DNA of 64,000 nucleotides from Parolsenella sp. Its GTDB lineage: Bacteria; Bacillota; Clostridia; Lachnospirales; Lachnospiraceae. A program made the position numbers and the translations under genes. The stretch covers positions 37,793 through 101,792 of the forward strand of contig CAVKVA010000008.1 of assembly GCA_963659875.1 (NCBI GenBank). The letters are read 5' to 3'. How positions within the stretch are numbered: the stretch's first letter is position 1; each line of letters begins with the position of its first letter. Of the stretch, positions 1-10,532 are shown piece by piece. The notes beneath the pieces were generated by a model, which was given only the letters and a program-made list of their open reading frames with translations, made no database searches and was not told the DNA's origin.

Positions 1-1
1 C

Positions 2-196
2 TCCGGCAGCATGGCGGAGAGCTGGCAGTACATCATCGGCCTTCTGTTTGTCATTACGATTCTGTTCTTTAAGGGCGGCATCGTGGGCATTGTCCGGGAT
101 CAGATTCCGGCCCTGCTGAGCAAGCTGAAAAACAGCAGCAATGCAAGAGGCAAGGGACAGGCAGGCATGGCAGCAGCGGAGAAGGGAGCGGCATAA
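2..196 (+). CDS. ABC transporter permease, C-terminal fragment (UrtC-like), cut by the window edge
   Basis: The ORF is open to the window start. It has a hydrophobic tail (YIIGLLFVITILFFKGGIVGIV) and lies directly upstream of two LivG/LivF-like ATPase genes and the urease cluster. The UrtC identity is inferred from context only. Confidence 0.5.
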   Translation, partial: SGSMAESWQYIIGLLFVITILFFKGGIVGIVRDQIPALLSKLKNSSNARGKGQAGMAAAEKGAA

Positions 197-197
197 A

Positions 198-974
198 ATG
201 GCGGACGCAAATACGGTTCTGAAGATCAAAAACATTTCCGTGGTTTTCGACGGCTTCCAGGCCCTGACGGATGTGAATGTCAATGTGAAGCGCAACAGCA
301 TTCACTTCTTCATCGGTCCCAACGGTGCCGGAAAGACCACCTTGCTGGACATCATCTGCGCGAAGACCAAGCCCACCGGCGGCAATGTGAGCTACTATCC
401 CCTGCACGGCGATAAGCAGCGGCTCACCGGCATGCCGGAGTACAAGATTGTCAACAGCGGCGTGGTACGGAAGTTCCAGGTGCCTTCGGTTTTTGTGAAC
501 CTGACGGTTTACGAGAACATGGAGCTGTCGCTGAAGGGAAACAAGGGCGTATGGCAGTCCATCTTCCACAAGACCACTAAGGATGAGGCGGAGTGGATCG
601 ACACCACACTGGAGAAGGTGGGACTGAAGAGTCGGAAGAACATTCCGGCGGGTTCCCTGGCCCACGGCGAAAAGCAGTGGCTGGAGATTGCCATGCAGCT
701 GGTGCAGCGGCCGGAAATCATCATGCTGGATGAGCCGGCAGCCGGTATGGGCAAGCCGGAGACCTTCCGCACCGGTGAACTGCTGAAGGAGATCAAGAAG
801 GAAAGCACCATCATTGTGGTGGAGCATGACATGGATTTTGTGAAGCAGATCGCGGATTGTGTGACGGTGCTCCATGAGGGCAAGGTCCTGATGGAGGGCG
901 ATGTGCACGAGGTGCTGGCGGACAAGACCGTACAGGCGGTATATCTGGGAAGAGGTGGTGAGAGAAATGCTTAA
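198..974 (+). CDS. urtD: urea ABC transporter ATP-binding protein (UrtD/LivG-like)
   Basis: Walker A GPNGAGKTT and Walker B IIMLDEP are present. ATG 198 was chosen over the track start at 141, which overlaps the upstream gene. The gene sits next to the urease genes. Confidence 0.8.
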   Translation: MADANTVLKIKNISVVFDGFQALTDVNVNVKRNSIHFFIGPNGAGKTTLLDIICAKTKPTGGNVSYYPLHGDKQRLTGMPEYKIVNSGVVRKFQVPSVFVNLTVYENMELSLKGNKGVWQSIFHKTTKDEAEWIDTTLEKVGLKSRKNIPAGSLAHGEKQWLEIAMQLVQRPEIIMLDEPAAGMGKPETFRTGELLKEIKKESTIIVVEHDMDFVKQIADCVTVLHEGKVLMEGDVHEVLADKTVQAVYLGRGGERNA

Positions 975-1659
975 GCTGGAAGGACTGGATGCCTATTACG
1001 GTGAGAGCCGGGTGATTGACGGCCTGAGCCTGCAGGCAGAAAAGGGAAAAATCACATGCCTCATCGGCAGAAACGGTGTGGGAAAGAGCACGACGCTGAA
1101 GAGCATCATGGGGCTTGTGAAGACACCCGCCGGCAGAATTCTTCTGCAGGACAAGGACATCATTAAGATGAAGACCTATGACCGGGTAAAGCTGGGCATC
1201 GGCTATGTACCCCAGGGCAGAGACATTTTCCCGCAGATGACGGTGCAGGAAAATCTGGAGCTCGGGCTGCAGGCCATCGGCGGCAGAGGGAAGGTGCCGG
1301 ACTATATTTACGACCTCTTCCCGATCCTGCCGAAGTTTGCGAAGCGTAAGGGCGGCGACCTCTCCGGCGGACAACAGCAGCAGCTGGCCATCGCCCGGGC
1401 CTTGGTGGCCAATCCCAACATTCTCATCCTGGATGAGCCCACAGAGGGCATACAGCCTTCCGTGATCCAGGATATCGGGGATGCGATCCGGCGGGTCAAC
1501 AAGGAACTGGACATCACGGTATTTATTGTTGAGCAGTATCTGGAGTTTGTGCTGGGCATTTCTGACGCCCTCTATGTCATGGAGAAGGGACAGGTGGTGC
1601 TGTCCGGCAAGACCAGCGACATGGATCCGGCTGAGGTACAGCGCATGATGACAGATTAA
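967..1659 (+). CDS. urtE: urea ABC transporter ATP-binding protein (UrtE/LivF-like)
   Basis: Walker A GRNGVGKST, signature LSGGQQQ and Walker B ILILDEP are present. ATG 967 overlaps the urtD stop. The track start at 901 lies inside urtD. Confidence 0.8.
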   Translation: MLKLEGLDAYYGESRVIDGLSLQAEKGKITCLIGRNGVGKSTTLKSIMGLVKTPAGRILLQDKDIIKMKTYDRVKLGIGYVPQGRDIFPQMTVQENLELGLQAIGGRGKVPDYIYDLFPILPKFAKRKGGDLSGGQQQQLAIARALVANPNILILDEPTEGIQPSVIQDIGDAIRRVNKELDITVFIVEQYLEFVLGISDALYVMEKGQVVLSGKTSDMDPAEVQRMMTD

Positions 1660-1741
1660 GCAATAGGCAAGGGGAAAGGGAAAATCCGGAGGGGTTTTCT
1701 CTTTTTCCGTCGTTTTAGAAAAGAGAACAGGAGGCAGGAAA

Positions 1742-2434
1742 ATGCGGTTAACACCAAGGGAAACAGATAAGCTGATGCTTCATCTGGCCGGTACGCTGGC
1801 AAAGGAAAGAAAGGACAGAGGGCTGAAGCTCAACTATCCGGAGGCCATTGCCTATATCAGTGCGGAGCTACTGGAGCTGGCGAGAGACGGCCATACAGTG
1901 ACGGAGCTCATGAGCATGGGCGCAGAGCTTCTGAAGGCAGAGGACTGTATGCCGGGCGTGCCGGAGATGATCCCGGAGATTCAGGTGGAGGCCACCTTCC
2001 CGGACGGCACGAAGCTGGTGACCATTCACAACCCCATCTGTCCAGCCGGCGACCTGGTGCCCGGTGAACTGCTGGTGGAGGACGGTGAGCTGGAGCTGAA
2101 CCGCGGCAAGGATACCGCCGAGATCGAGGTCACCAATACCGGAGACCGTCCCATTCAGGTGGGCTCCCATTTCCATTTCTTTGAAGCCAACAAGGCACTG
2201 CGCTTTGCCCGGACCCGGGCTTACGGCATGCGTCTCGACATTCCGGCCGGCAATGCGGTGCGCTTTGAGCCGGGCGAGACCCGTCGGGTGCAGCTGGTGG
2301 AGATCGGCGGCAGCCGGGAGGGCTACGGTCTCAACGGTCTCGTGGAAGGATCCTTGGATGATCCGGCGCGGAAGGCAGCAGCATTGAAGAAGGCGGCAGA
2401 GAAGGGCTTTCAGGGGGTAGAAGCAGATGAATAA
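1742..2434 (+). CDS. ureAB: urease gamma-beta fused subunit
   Basis: The N-terminus [35 protein letters not shown] is gamma-like. It continues in the same ORF into the beta-subunit motif [17 protein letters not shown]. The RBS AGGAGG lies upstream. Confidence 0.9.
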   Translation: MRLTPRETDKLMLHLAGTLAKERKDRGLKLNYPEAIAYISAELLELARDGHTVTELMSMGAELLKAEDCMPGVPEMIPEIQVEATFPDGTKLVTIHNPICPAGDLVPGELLVEDGELELNRGKDTAEIEVTNTGDRPIQVGSHFHFFEANKALRFARTRAYGMRLDIPAGNAVRFEPGETRRVQLVEIGGSREGYGLNGLVEGSLDDPARKAAALKKAAEKGFQGVEADE

Positions 2435-4139
2435 GATCAGCAGAAAGAAATATGCAGATATGTACGGCGCCACCACAGGAGACCGGATTCGCCTGGCGGA
2501 TACCTCTCTCATCCTCGAGGTGGAGAAGGACTATGCGGTTTACGGTGAAGAACTGAAGTTCGGTGGCGGAAAGACGGCCCGGGACGGCATGGGACAGTCC
2601 TGCCGGGTGCGGGACAAGGATTGCCCGGATCTCGTGATCACCAGCGCGGTGATCGTGGACTACTGGGGCATCGTGAAGGCCGACGTGGGCATCAAGGACG
2701 GCAAGATCTGCGGCATTGGCAAGGCCGGTAACCCGGATATCATGGACGGCGTGGATGAGAACCTCATCGTCGGTGCCGGTACCGAGGTGATCGCCGGTGA
2801 AGGTCTGATCCTCACCGCCGGCGGATTGGATACCCATATCCATTTCATCAGCCCGACCCAGGTGGAAACCGCTCTCTACAGCGGCATCACCACCATGATC
2901 GGCGGCGGTACAGGTCCGGCGGACGGCACCAATGCCACCACCTGTTCACCCGGTGCGTTCAACATTGAAAAAATGCTGGAGGCGGCAGAGGAACTCCCCA
3001 TGAACTTCGGCTTCCTGGGCAAGGGAAATTCCTCCGATCTGGCAACCCTGGAGGAGCAGATCGTGGCCGGTGCCTGCGGTCTGAAGCTGCATGAGGACTG
3101 GGGCTCCACACCGGACGCCATTGACCACTGTCTGACGGTTTGTGATAAGTATGATGTGCAGGCAGCCATTCATACCGATACTCTGAACGAGGCGGGCTGT
3201 GTGGAGGATACCGTGGCGGCCTTCAAGGGAAGAACCATCCATACCTACCACACCGAAGGTGCCGGCGGCGGTCATGCACCCGACATCATCCGGGCAGCAG
3301 CTTTCCCGAATGTACTGCCTTCCTCCACGAACCCCACCATGCCCTTCACCCGGAATACACTGGATGAGCATCTGGACATGCTGATGGTTTGTCATCACCT
3401 CGATAAGAACGTGCCAGAGGATATTTCCTTCGCCGATTCCCGTATCCGTCCGGAGACCATTGCGGCAGAGGACGTGCTTCATGACATGGGCATTTTCTCC
3501 ATGATGAGTTCCGATTCTCAGGCCATGGGTCGTGTGGGCGAGGTCATCACCCGGACCTGGCAGACCGCGGACAAAATGAAGAAGCAGAGAGGCGCTTTGC
3601 CGGAGGACAGCGAGAGAAACGATAACTTCCGTATCCGCCGTTATGTGGCGAAGTACACCATCAACCCGGCCATCACCCATGGCGTGTCCCAGTATGTGGG
3701 CTCCGTTGAGGTCGGCAAGATGGCGGATCTCGTGCTCTGGAATCCCCGTTTCTTCGGTGCGAAGCCGGAGATGATCATCAAGGGCGGCTTCATCATCGCG
3801 TCGAAGATGGGCGATGCCAATGCTTCCATCCCGACACCGGAGCCGGTGGTCTATACAAATATGTTCGGCGCCTACGGTCTGGCCCGGAGCACGACCTGTG
3901 CTTCCTTCGTTTCCAAGGCGGCTCTGGAGAACGGCGTTAAAGAGCGTCTGGGCCTGAAGCGCCAGGTGCTGCCGGTGAGCCACTGCCGTGACATCGGTAA
4001 GAAGGATATGAAGAACAATGATGTCATCGCAGATATCCAGGTGAACCCGGAGACCTATGAGGTGCGGGTAGATGGTGAGAAGATTACCTGTGAGGCAGCA
4101 GAGGAGCTGTCACTGACACAGCGCTACTTCCTGTTCTGA
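2427..4139 (+). CDS. ureC: urease alpha subunit
   Basis: 570 aa with [30 protein letters not shown] and MVCHHL motifs. The start overlaps the ureAB stop. Confidence 0.95.
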   Translation: MNKISRKKYADMYGATTGDRIRLADTSLILEVEKDYAVYGEELKFGGGKTARDGMGQSCRVRDKDCPDLVITSAVIVDYWGIVKADVGIKDGKICGIGKAGNPDIMDGVDENLIVGAGTEVIAGEGLILTAGGLDTHIHFISPTQVETALYSGITTMIGGGTGPADGTNATTCSPGAFNIEKMLEAAEELPMNFGFLGKGNSSDLATLEEQIVAGACGLKLHEDWGSTPDAIDHCLTVCDKYDVQAAIHTDTLNEAGCVEDTVAAFKGRTIHTYHTEGAGGGHAPDIIRAAAFPNVLPSSTNPTMPFTRNTLDEHLDMLMVCHHLDKNVPEDISFADSRIRPETIAAEDVLHDMGIFSMMSSDSQAMGRVGEVITRTWQTADKMKKQRGALPEDSERNDNFRIRRYVAKYTINPAITHGVSQYVGSVEVGKMADLVLWNPRFFGAKPEMIIKGGFIIASKMGDANASIPTPEPVVYTNMFGAYGLARSTTCASFVSKAALENGVKERLGLKRQVLPVSHCRDIGKKDMKNNDVIADIQVNPETYEVRVDGEKITCEAAEELSLTQRYFLF

Positions 4140-4153
4140 TCTGAGGAGGCATT

Positions 4154-4735
4154 ATGCGGATCAATGAAATACTGGGAAATCTGCAGGATTTCCCCCTTAC
4201 GGGAAGACGCGTGGACACGGTCTCTCTGGAATGGTTTGAGCTGGAGAAAAAATTGCTGCGGAAGACCTCAGCCGAAGGCGAGGAGCTGGGCATCCTGGTG
4301 GAGAAGCCCCTGCAGAACGGAGACGTTCTGTACGCCGATGACGAAAAAGTTATCGCGGTGCAGCAGCTGCCCTGTACCCTGACGGTGACACCGGTGGACA
4401 GCATGCAGAAAATGGGACGCCTCTGCTTTGAGCTTGGCAACCGGCATCTGTCCCTGGCCATTGAAGAGGATCGTGTGACGGTGATTTACGATGAGCCCAC
4501 CTTCCTGTACCTTCAGAAGCTGGGCTTTGCGCCGGAGAAGCAGGAAGGCCTCTTCACCCACTACACCGTGTGTCATGGTCACAGCCACGGGGATGATGGT
4601 CATACGCATTCTCATGACGGCGAACACAGTCATGCGCATGAACATGGACACGCGCATACCCACAGCCATGATGGCGCACATGAACACACGCATCACCATG
4701 ACCACGACCATGCGGAAGGGCACTGCCATGGATAA
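4154..4735 (+). CDS. ureE: urease accessory protein UreE with a long His-rich tail
   Basis: The position after ureC fits UreE. The C-terminal roughly 55 aa are almost entirely H/D/E/G (HGHSHGDDGHTHSHDGEHSHAHEHGHAHTHSHDGAHEHTHHHDHDH), as in Ni-binding UreE tails. Confidence 0.85.
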   Translation: MRINEILGNLQDFPLTGRRVDTVSLEWFELEKKLLRKTSAEGEELGILVEKPLQNGDVLYADDEKVIAVQQLPCTLTVTPVDSMQKMGRLCFELGNRHLSLAIEEDRVTVIYDEPTFLYLQKLGFAPEKQEGLFTHYTVCHGHSHGDDGHTHSHDGEHSHAHEHGHAHTHSHDGAHEHTHHHDHDHAEGHCHG

Positions 4736-5390
4736 GGAGCTTGGCTTCCTGCACATATTGCAGAGTGTGGATGCCTTCTTCCCCATCGGTGCTTTTACCC
4801 TGTCGAATGGTCTGGAAAGCTACGTGACGGAGGGCTGGATTACCTCCCCGGAGACCCTGCAGGAATACCTGCAGGGCTTCCTGTATGCTTTTCCTTACCA
4901 GGACCTGGGGCTTTTGCAGCTGGCCTTCATCCACGCAGAGGATCCCGCGTACATCGCGGAACTGGATGCCGTGGCCGGGGCCATGAAGCTGCCCCGGGAG
5001 GTACGGCAGGGAAGCCAGCGTATGGGAAAACGGTTGCGCAAGGCCCTGGAGAAGATGGAGGTGCTGTCACCGGCGCTGCAGGAATACCGGGAGGGCTACC
5101 ATCCCATCGTGCTGGGGCTCTACGGAAGATCCTGGGGCATCGATTGTCGGCAGCTTCTCATGATGTACGGCTACGGGGTGATCTCCGCTGTGGTCAACAA
5201 TGCGGTGAAGCTGGTACCCCTCAGTCAGCTGGAGGGACAGCGGGTATTGCATGAGTGCCTGCCGCTCCTGCAGAAGGCGGTGGAGACGGCCATGGAAGTC
5301 AGTATAGATGAGTTGGGGATTTCCGCTGCCGCAAACGACATTCACTGTATGCGGCACGAGAGACTCTACAGCCGGCAATATATGTCCTAG
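4728..5390 (+). CDS. ureF: urease accessory protein UreF
   Basis: ATG 4728 (MDKELGFLHILQSVDAFFPIGAFTLSNGLE) overlaps the ureE stop by 8 nt. The longer track ORF from 4491 is just the alternative frame of the ureE His-tail. Confidence 0.85.
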   Translation: MDKELGFLHILQSVDAFFPIGAFTLSNGLESYVTEGWITSPETLQEYLQGFLYAFPYQDLGLLQLAFIHAEDPAYIAELDAVAGAMKLPREVRQGSQRMGKRLRKALEKMEVLSPALQEYREGYHPIVLGLYGRSWGIDCRQLLMMYGYGVISAVVNNAVKLVPLSQLEGQRVLHECLPLLQKAVETAMEVSIDELGISAAANDIHCMRHERLYSRQYMS

Positions 5391-5414
5391 GGGACGAAAG
5401 AAGGGAGTAAAGAA

Positions 5415-6023
5415 ATGTCTTATGTCAAAATCGGTGTCGGGGGCCCCGTGGGCTCCGGCAAAACGGCACTTATCGAGCGTCTGACCCGGAAAATGTCAAA
5501 GGAATATTCCATCTGCGTGGTGACCAACGACATTTACACAAAAGAAGATGCGGAGTTCCTCATCAAGAATTCGGCTCTGCCGGCGGAGCGCATTGTGGGC
5601 GTGGAAACCGGCGGCTGCCCCCATACCGCCATCCGGGAGGACTGCAGCATGAACCTGGAGGCCGTGGAGGAAATGGCAGAAAAATTTCCGGATGTGGAAA
5701 TTATTTTCATTGAGAGCGGTGGCGACAATCTGTCGGCCACCTTCAGCCCGGACCTCGCGGACGTGACCATTTACGTCATCGACGTGGCCCAGGGAGAGAA
5801 GATTCCCCGGAAGGGCGGCCCCGGCGTGACGCGCTCCGACCTGCTGGTCATCAACAAGACGGATCTGGCCCCCATGGTCGGCGCCAGCCTGGAGGTGATG
5901 GCCCGGGATTCCGAGAGAATGCGGCAGGGCCGCGACTTCCTCTTCACCAACCTGATGCAGGGCGACAGCGTGGATGCGGTCATCGACTGGATCAAGAAAA
6001 ATGCACTGCTGGAGGGCGTCTAA
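5415..6023 (+). CDS. ureG: urease accessory GTPase UreG
   Basis: P-loop GPVGSGKT, the ETGGCPH motif and NKTDL are present. Confidence 0.95.
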   Translation: MSYVKIGVGGPVGSGKTALIERLTRKMSKEYSICVVTNDIYTKEDAEFLIKNSALPAERIVGVETGGCPHTAIREDCSMNLEAVEEMAEKFPDVEIIFIESGGDNLSATFSPDLADVTIYVIDVAQGEKIPRKGGPGVTRSDLLVINKTDLAPMVGASLEVMARDSERMRQGRDFLFTNLMQGDSVDAVIDWIKKNALLEGV

Positions 6024-6026
6024 GTC

Positions 6027-6794
6027 ATGGCTTCCGCATTCAGACTGACCGTGGGGCATGATCCGGTCCGGGACAGGTCCTTTCGGGAGGCCGCTTATTT
6101 TACGGCCCCCATCAAACTGGGAGAACCTCGGACGGAGGGCAAGCGACTGCAGCTCATGCTCATGATGGCGTCTGCCGGTATCCTGGCGGGGGACAGCTTT
6201 TCCTATGACATCCGTTGTCGAGCGGGGGCCCGCAGCCTCATCACGGAGCAGTCCTACACCAAGCTCTTTGATATGGGCGAGGCGGGACAGGCGGATAGGG
6301 TAATGTCGGTGGCCCTGGAAGAGGGGGCTTCCCTCTGGTACCGTCCCTGCGCCATGGTGCCCTTTCGGAACAGTGACTTCAGGGGAAAAACCGAGATCCG
6401 CATGGAAAAGGGCAGCGAACTGCTGTGGACCGACATTTTCACCGCCGGGCGCGTCGGCATGGGCGAGCGTTTTCTGTTCCGTCACTATGAAAATCTGCTA
6501 CGGGTGTTTTATGACGGCGAACTGATCTGGCATGACCGGACCCTGCTGAAACCGGCAGAGCTCAGGATGGAGAACTGCTATTTCTACCGGGACTACACCC
6601 ACCAGGGCAGCTGCTTCTACTGCGGCAGCGAGGCCGCAGAGGAACGGATCCTCAGTATGGATTTTTCGGATCCACGCTACGGGCGCATCTATGCCGGTGT
6701 GACTCGGGCCCGGCGCGGCGTCTGCGTCCGGGTACTGGCCACCCAGGCCCAGGATATCGAAGAATTGTTTTCGGAGATACAGGGCAAAATCTAA
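6027..6794 (+). CDS. ureD: urease accessory protein UreD/UreH
   Basis: The position immediately after ureG and the 255 aa size are typical of UreD. Confidence 0.8.
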   Translation: MASAFRLTVGHDPVRDRSFREAAYFTAPIKLGEPRTEGKRLQLMLMMASAGILAGDSFSYDIRCRAGARSLITEQSYTKLFDMGEAGQADRVMSVALEEGASLWYRPCAMVPFRNSDFRGKTEIRMEKGSELLWTDIFTAGRVGMGERFLFRHYENLLRVFYDGELIWHDRTLLKPAELRMENCYFYRDYTHQGSCFYCGSEAAEERILSMDFSDPRYGRIYAGVTRARRGVCVRVLATQAQDIEELFSEIQGKI

Positions 6795-6807
6795 GGCGAT
6801 TTTAGTA

Positions 6808-6845
6808 AAAAGGAAGACCTTGTGAAAACAGGGCCTTCTTTTTTA
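6808..6845. terminator. bidirectional stem-loop between convergent ureD and the AraC gene
   Basis: AAAAAGGAAGACCTTG-tgaaaa-CAGGGCCTTCTTTTTT is an imperfect roughly 11-bp stem flanked by an A-run and a T-run. Confidence 0.5.
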
Positions 6846-7739
6846 GTGCCGTTTTTCGATCCGTCGCAGTCGTGACCGGTACTCTGTTGGTGTGACGCCG
6901 TAGAGGCTGCGGAAGCTTTTCAGAAAGCTGCTGTAATTGCTGAAGCCGCTGTCATTGCAAATTTCCAGTACGCTGCCGCCCAGCGCCAGGGCATTGCGGC
7001 AGTGCTGCATGCGCAGGTTGGTGAGGTAGCTGTGGACACTTTCCAGTGTATATTCCTTAAAGACCCGGGAGAGGTGCTCCCGGCTGGTATAGGTGTATTT
7101 TGCCAATTGACTGACCGTCAGATTGGGATCGGTGTAGTGGCTTTGCAGGTAGGCCACGGCCCGGGTCACGAGCTCGTTGTAGGCACCGGGCGCTGCACTG
7201 TCCTGGTGTATCAGCTGATGGTCCAGGAGCAGGAGAAGTTCGGAAATTTCGCAGTCCAGTATGGAGGCCCGGATGCTGTCATCGAGGCGGCAGCTGTGCC
7301 CCAGCCGTTCCAGAAGTCCCCGGATATCCCAACGTGCAGTGGCTTCCGCATCCAAAATCACGAGCTTCTGCTGCCAGCTGTTTTTGCTGAGACCCGTCAT
7401 AAGACTGATCCGGTTCCACAGGGCGGCATTGATCTGTAACACGATGCGGTCGGATACGGAATCCGTGACATGAAAGAGGCCGGAGTGGTATATGCCGGAC
7501 GGAAAGAAGATAAGTTCCCCGAGCTGCAGGTCGAAGATGCTGCCGCCGATGGAATAACGCACAACACTGCCGCGGACCGGCAGAATCAATTCGTAGTAGG
7601 GATGCGAGTGTACCACGGACTGGACATTTTCGATATTGGTATAGAGGCTCACGGTCACCTGTCCATTCTGCAGGGCTTCACCGGCGGCCTCCTGGGTCAG
7701 AATGGAATCCACATAATGGGGCATACTGTTCTGCATCAT
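6843..7739 (-). CDS. AraC family transcriptional regulator (cupin plus HTH)
   Basis: The C-terminal double-HTH region (LTVSQLAKYTYTSREHLSRVFKE ... GFSNYSSFLKSFRSLYGVTPTEYR) is AraC-like. The gene is divergent from the GH31 gene. Confidence 0.85.
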   Translation of the reverse strand: MMQNSMPHYVDSILTQEAAGEALQNGQVTVSLYTNIENVQSVVHSHPYYELILPVRGSVVRYSIGGSIFDLQLGELIFFPSGIYHSGLFHVTDSVSDRIVLQINAALWNRISLMTGLSKNSWQQKLVILDAEATARWDIRGLLERLGHSCRLDDSIRASILDCEISELLLLLDHQLIHQDSAAPGAYNELVTRAVAYLQSHYTDPNLTVSQLAKYTYTSREHLSRVFKEYTLESVHSYLTNLRMQHCRNALALGGSVLEICNDSGFSNYSSFLKSFRSLYGVTPTEYRSRLRRIEKRH

Positions 7740-7989
7740 CAGAAATTCCTCTTTTCTTCGTTTTCGATGGGATTGTTCACGGATAAATACAGCATATCAC
7801 GTTTTGCGAGATTTGCAGCACAAAAGCATAGGAAAATTGACTAGGATATTGTTAGTATATGGACGATTGAGCGACGGAATGCACAGATATGCACAAAAAT
7901 AGAAATGCGTAATTGTGCATTACCTACAATTCTATCTGGCGGCTGGCATAATGAACATGTCATGAACAAAAAATAAAGGGGGATAATCT

Positions 7990-10515
7990 ATGAAAGTGTG
8001 TTACACAGGCGGCGCGGTGCGGGACTGCGGCGGCTATTATTCTGTGGAGACCAATGCCGCAGAGCTTCGGATTTGGTTTCTGACGGATGACATTCTGCGC
8101 ATTCGTGCCGGATTTGACGGGGACTGGGACGAGGCTTCCTACAGTCTGACCATGACGGCCTGGGACTCCCGCACGGATGAACTGATGAAGGATTGCCGGA
8201 AGCGGATACAGCCCGCAGAGGCTGTGCTGACCGAGGGAGAGCAGCAGGCGGTGCTGCAGGGAAACAGACTGAAGGTGGTGATCGAAAAGAAGCCTTTCCG
8301 CGTACTGGTCTATGACCGGGACGGCAGTCTCCTGCATGCGGATATTCCGGACCTTGCCTACCGGGAGGACAGCAATCACCGTCGCATCCATGCAAGCCAG
8401 ATAGAAGCGGATGACTGCTTCTATGGCTTTGGTGAAAAGTCCGGCGAGATCAATAAGGCGGAAAAGTTCATGAACATGGCGCCCGGCGATGCCATGGGCT
8501 ACAACGCCAAGGAGACGGATTCACTGTACAAGCACATCCCCTTCTACATTCGTCTGAACCGGGGCACGAAGCAGGCGGTGGGATATTTCTACCACAATAC
8601 CGCAGAGTGTGACTTTAACATGGGACGGGAAAAGCGCAACTACTGGCATCGCTATTCCACCTACCGGACCGATGCAGGTGACATTGATCTCTTCCTGATC
8701 GCCGGTCCTTCGATCCGGGACATCATCGAGCGTTATACGGATCTCACCGGCAAGAGTGTGCTGCTGCCGAAGGCGGCACTCGGGTACCTCGGCAGCTCCA
8801 TGTACTATCCAGAGCTTCCGGAGAACTCGGACGATGCGGTATTGGACTTCATCGACACCACCCGGGAAGAAGAGATTCCTGCGGATGGCTTCCAGCTGTC
8901 CTCCGGCTATTGTGCGGTGGAGACCGAGGAAGGCATCAAGCGCTGCACCTTCACCTGGAACAAGAAGCGTTTCAAGGATCCGGCAGACTGGTTCGCCCAG
9001 ATGGAGAAGCGCGGCATCGTGGTGTCTCCCAACATTAAACCCGGCATGCTTTTGGTGCATCCCCTTCTGGCGGAAATGAAGGAAAAGGGCATGTTTATGG
9101 CGGCCTCCGACGACAACGAAGGCGTGGACGGCCTGGCAGTGGGCACCTGGTGGGGTGGCCCGGGACTCTTTGTGGATTTCACGAAGGATTCGACCCGCCG
9201 GCATTGGAAGCAGTACATCAAGGATGCGCTGCTTCAGTATGGCTGCCGCTCCATCTGGAATGACAACTGTGAGTACGATTCTCTGGTAGATAAGGACGCG
9301 AAGGTTTGCTTCGAAGGTAAGGGCAGCACCATCGGCACCATGAAGCCTGTGATGAGCAACCTCATGTGTCAGCTGTCCAACGAAGCCATTGAGGAGTATG
9401 CCCCGGATCGCCGTCCCTTCTCGGTTTGCCGTTCCGGACATGCCGGCATTCAGCGCTATGCGCAGGTTTGGGCGGGTGATAATCTGACCCACTGGGATAC
9501 CCTGAAGTACAACATTGCGACGATCCTCGGCATGGCATTGTGCGGTGTATCCAACAACGGTGCGGACATCGGCGGCTTCTATGGCGTGGCACCGGAGGGC
9601 GAGCTTTTCGTGCGCTGGGTGCAGAACGGCATCTTCCAGCCTCGCTTCTCCATCCACTCCACCAACACGGACAACACCGTGACGGAGCCCTGGATGTACA
9701 GTGACCAGAAGGAGAACATCAAGGCAGCCATCGACTTCCGCTATCGCCTCAGCCCGACACTCTATTCCCTGATGGCTAGGGCTCATGAGAGCGGCCTGCC
9801 CATCTGGCAGCCCCTCTTCAGCGTCTTCCAGAATGACCCGGCGACCTATGATGAGGGCGTGGACTTCATGTTCGGCGATTCCCTGCTGGTGGCCAATGTG
9901 GTGGAGAAGGGACAGAAAATTCGCACGGTTTATCTGCCGAAAACCGAGGATGCAAAGGAACGCTTCTACGACTTCTATACCCGGGAGGAATATGCACCGG
10001 GGCAGACCATTCAGGTACCGGTGGATATGGCCAGCATTCCCCTCTTTGTGCGGAGCGGCGCCATCATCCCCATGAGCGGCAACAAGCTCCATAATCTGAT
10101 GACGGAGAAGACCACAAGCCTCGACATCCTCATGGCACCGGATGTGGATTCCAGCTTTACCCTTTATGAGGATGACGGATGCACCAACAAATATCGTGAG
10201 GGTGACTATCTTCGGACAGAAATTTCCGTGCAGGCCGGTGTGAAGACCATGGTTCGCTTTAAGAACGAGGGAAGCTATGAAACGGCAGTGGAAGACATGT
10301 ATCTTGATATGATCCATCGGGAGAAGGCGCCGTTCTATGTGCAGCTTGACGGGGAAGAGATTCCGCATTTCCTGCATAGACGGAAATTTGAGGAGGCAGC
10401 GTGCGGCTGGTACTACAGCCAGCGCCTGAAGAGCGTACAGATCAAGTACAAAAATCCGAAGCAGGATCATGAAGTGCTGGTGTCCTTTGAGCAGTTCGAT
10501 CTGATCGGCATGTAA
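7990..10515 (+). CDS. glycoside hydrolase family 31 (alpha-glycosidase, specificity unknown)
   Basis: 841 aa. GH31-type catalytic regions are WNDNCEYD (nucleophile region) and RYAQVWAGDN. Confidence 0.8.
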   Translation: MKVCYTGGAVRDCGGYYSVETNAAELRIWFLTDDILRIRAGFDGDWDEASYSLTMTAWDSRTDELMKDCRKRIQPAEAVLTEGEQQAVLQGNRLKVVIEKKPFRVLVYDRDGSLLHADIPDLAYREDSNHRRIHASQIEADDCFYGFGEKSGEINKAEKFMNMAPGDAMGYNAKETDSLYKHIPFYIRLNRGTKQAVGYFYHNTAECDFNMGREKRNYWHRYSTYRTDAGDIDLFLIAGPSIRDIIERYTDLTGKSVLLPKAALGYLGSSMYYPELPENSDDAVLDFIDTTREEEIPADGFQLSSGYCAVETEEGIKRCTFTWNKKRFKDPADWFAQMEKRGIVVSPNIKPGMLLVHPLLAEMKEKGMFMAASDDNEGVDGLAVGTWWGGPGLFVDFTKDSTRRHWKQYIKDALLQYGCRSIWNDNCEYDSLVDKDAKVCFEGKGSTIGTMKPVMSNLMCQLSNEAIEEYAPDRRPFSVCRSGHAGIQRYAQVWAGDNLTHWDTLKYNIATILGMALCGVSNNGADIGGFYGVAPEGELFVRWVQNGIFQPRFSIHSTNTDNTVTEPWMYSDQKENIKAAIDFRYRLSPTLYSLMARAHESGLPIWQPLFSVFQNDPATYDEGVDFMFGDSLLVANVVEKGQKIRTVYLPKTEDAKERFYDFYTREEYAPGQTIQVPVDMASIPLFVRSGAIIPMSGNKLHNLMTEKTTSLDILMAPDVDSSFTLYEDDGCTNKYREGDYLRTEISVQAGVKTMVRFKNEGSYETAVEDMYLDMIHREKAPFYVQLDGEEIPHFLHRRKFEEAACGWYYSQRLKSVQIKYKNPKQDHEVLVSFEQFDLIGM

Positions 10516-10532
10516 GGAAGAGGGAGGAAAGT

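Noticed and set aside
4491-4727. The upstream 79 codons of the 299-aa track ORF as part of ureF. The same question applies to 141-197 for urtD, 901-966 for urtE and 47924-48019 for the symE-like gene.
   Set aside because: These extensions overlap the preceding gene in another frame or lack an RBS. Internal ATGs with an RBS or stop-start overlap give family-typical N-termini.
7990-10515. GH31 enzyme as a sulfoquinovosidase (YihQ-like), which would fit the TRAP transporter.
   Set aside because: In the region equivalent to the YihQ sulfonate-binding KR-x-x-W motif, the sequence reads IKRCTFTWNKK. The spacing differs, and a Phe sits where I expect the Trp. I cannot support the call from sequence alone.
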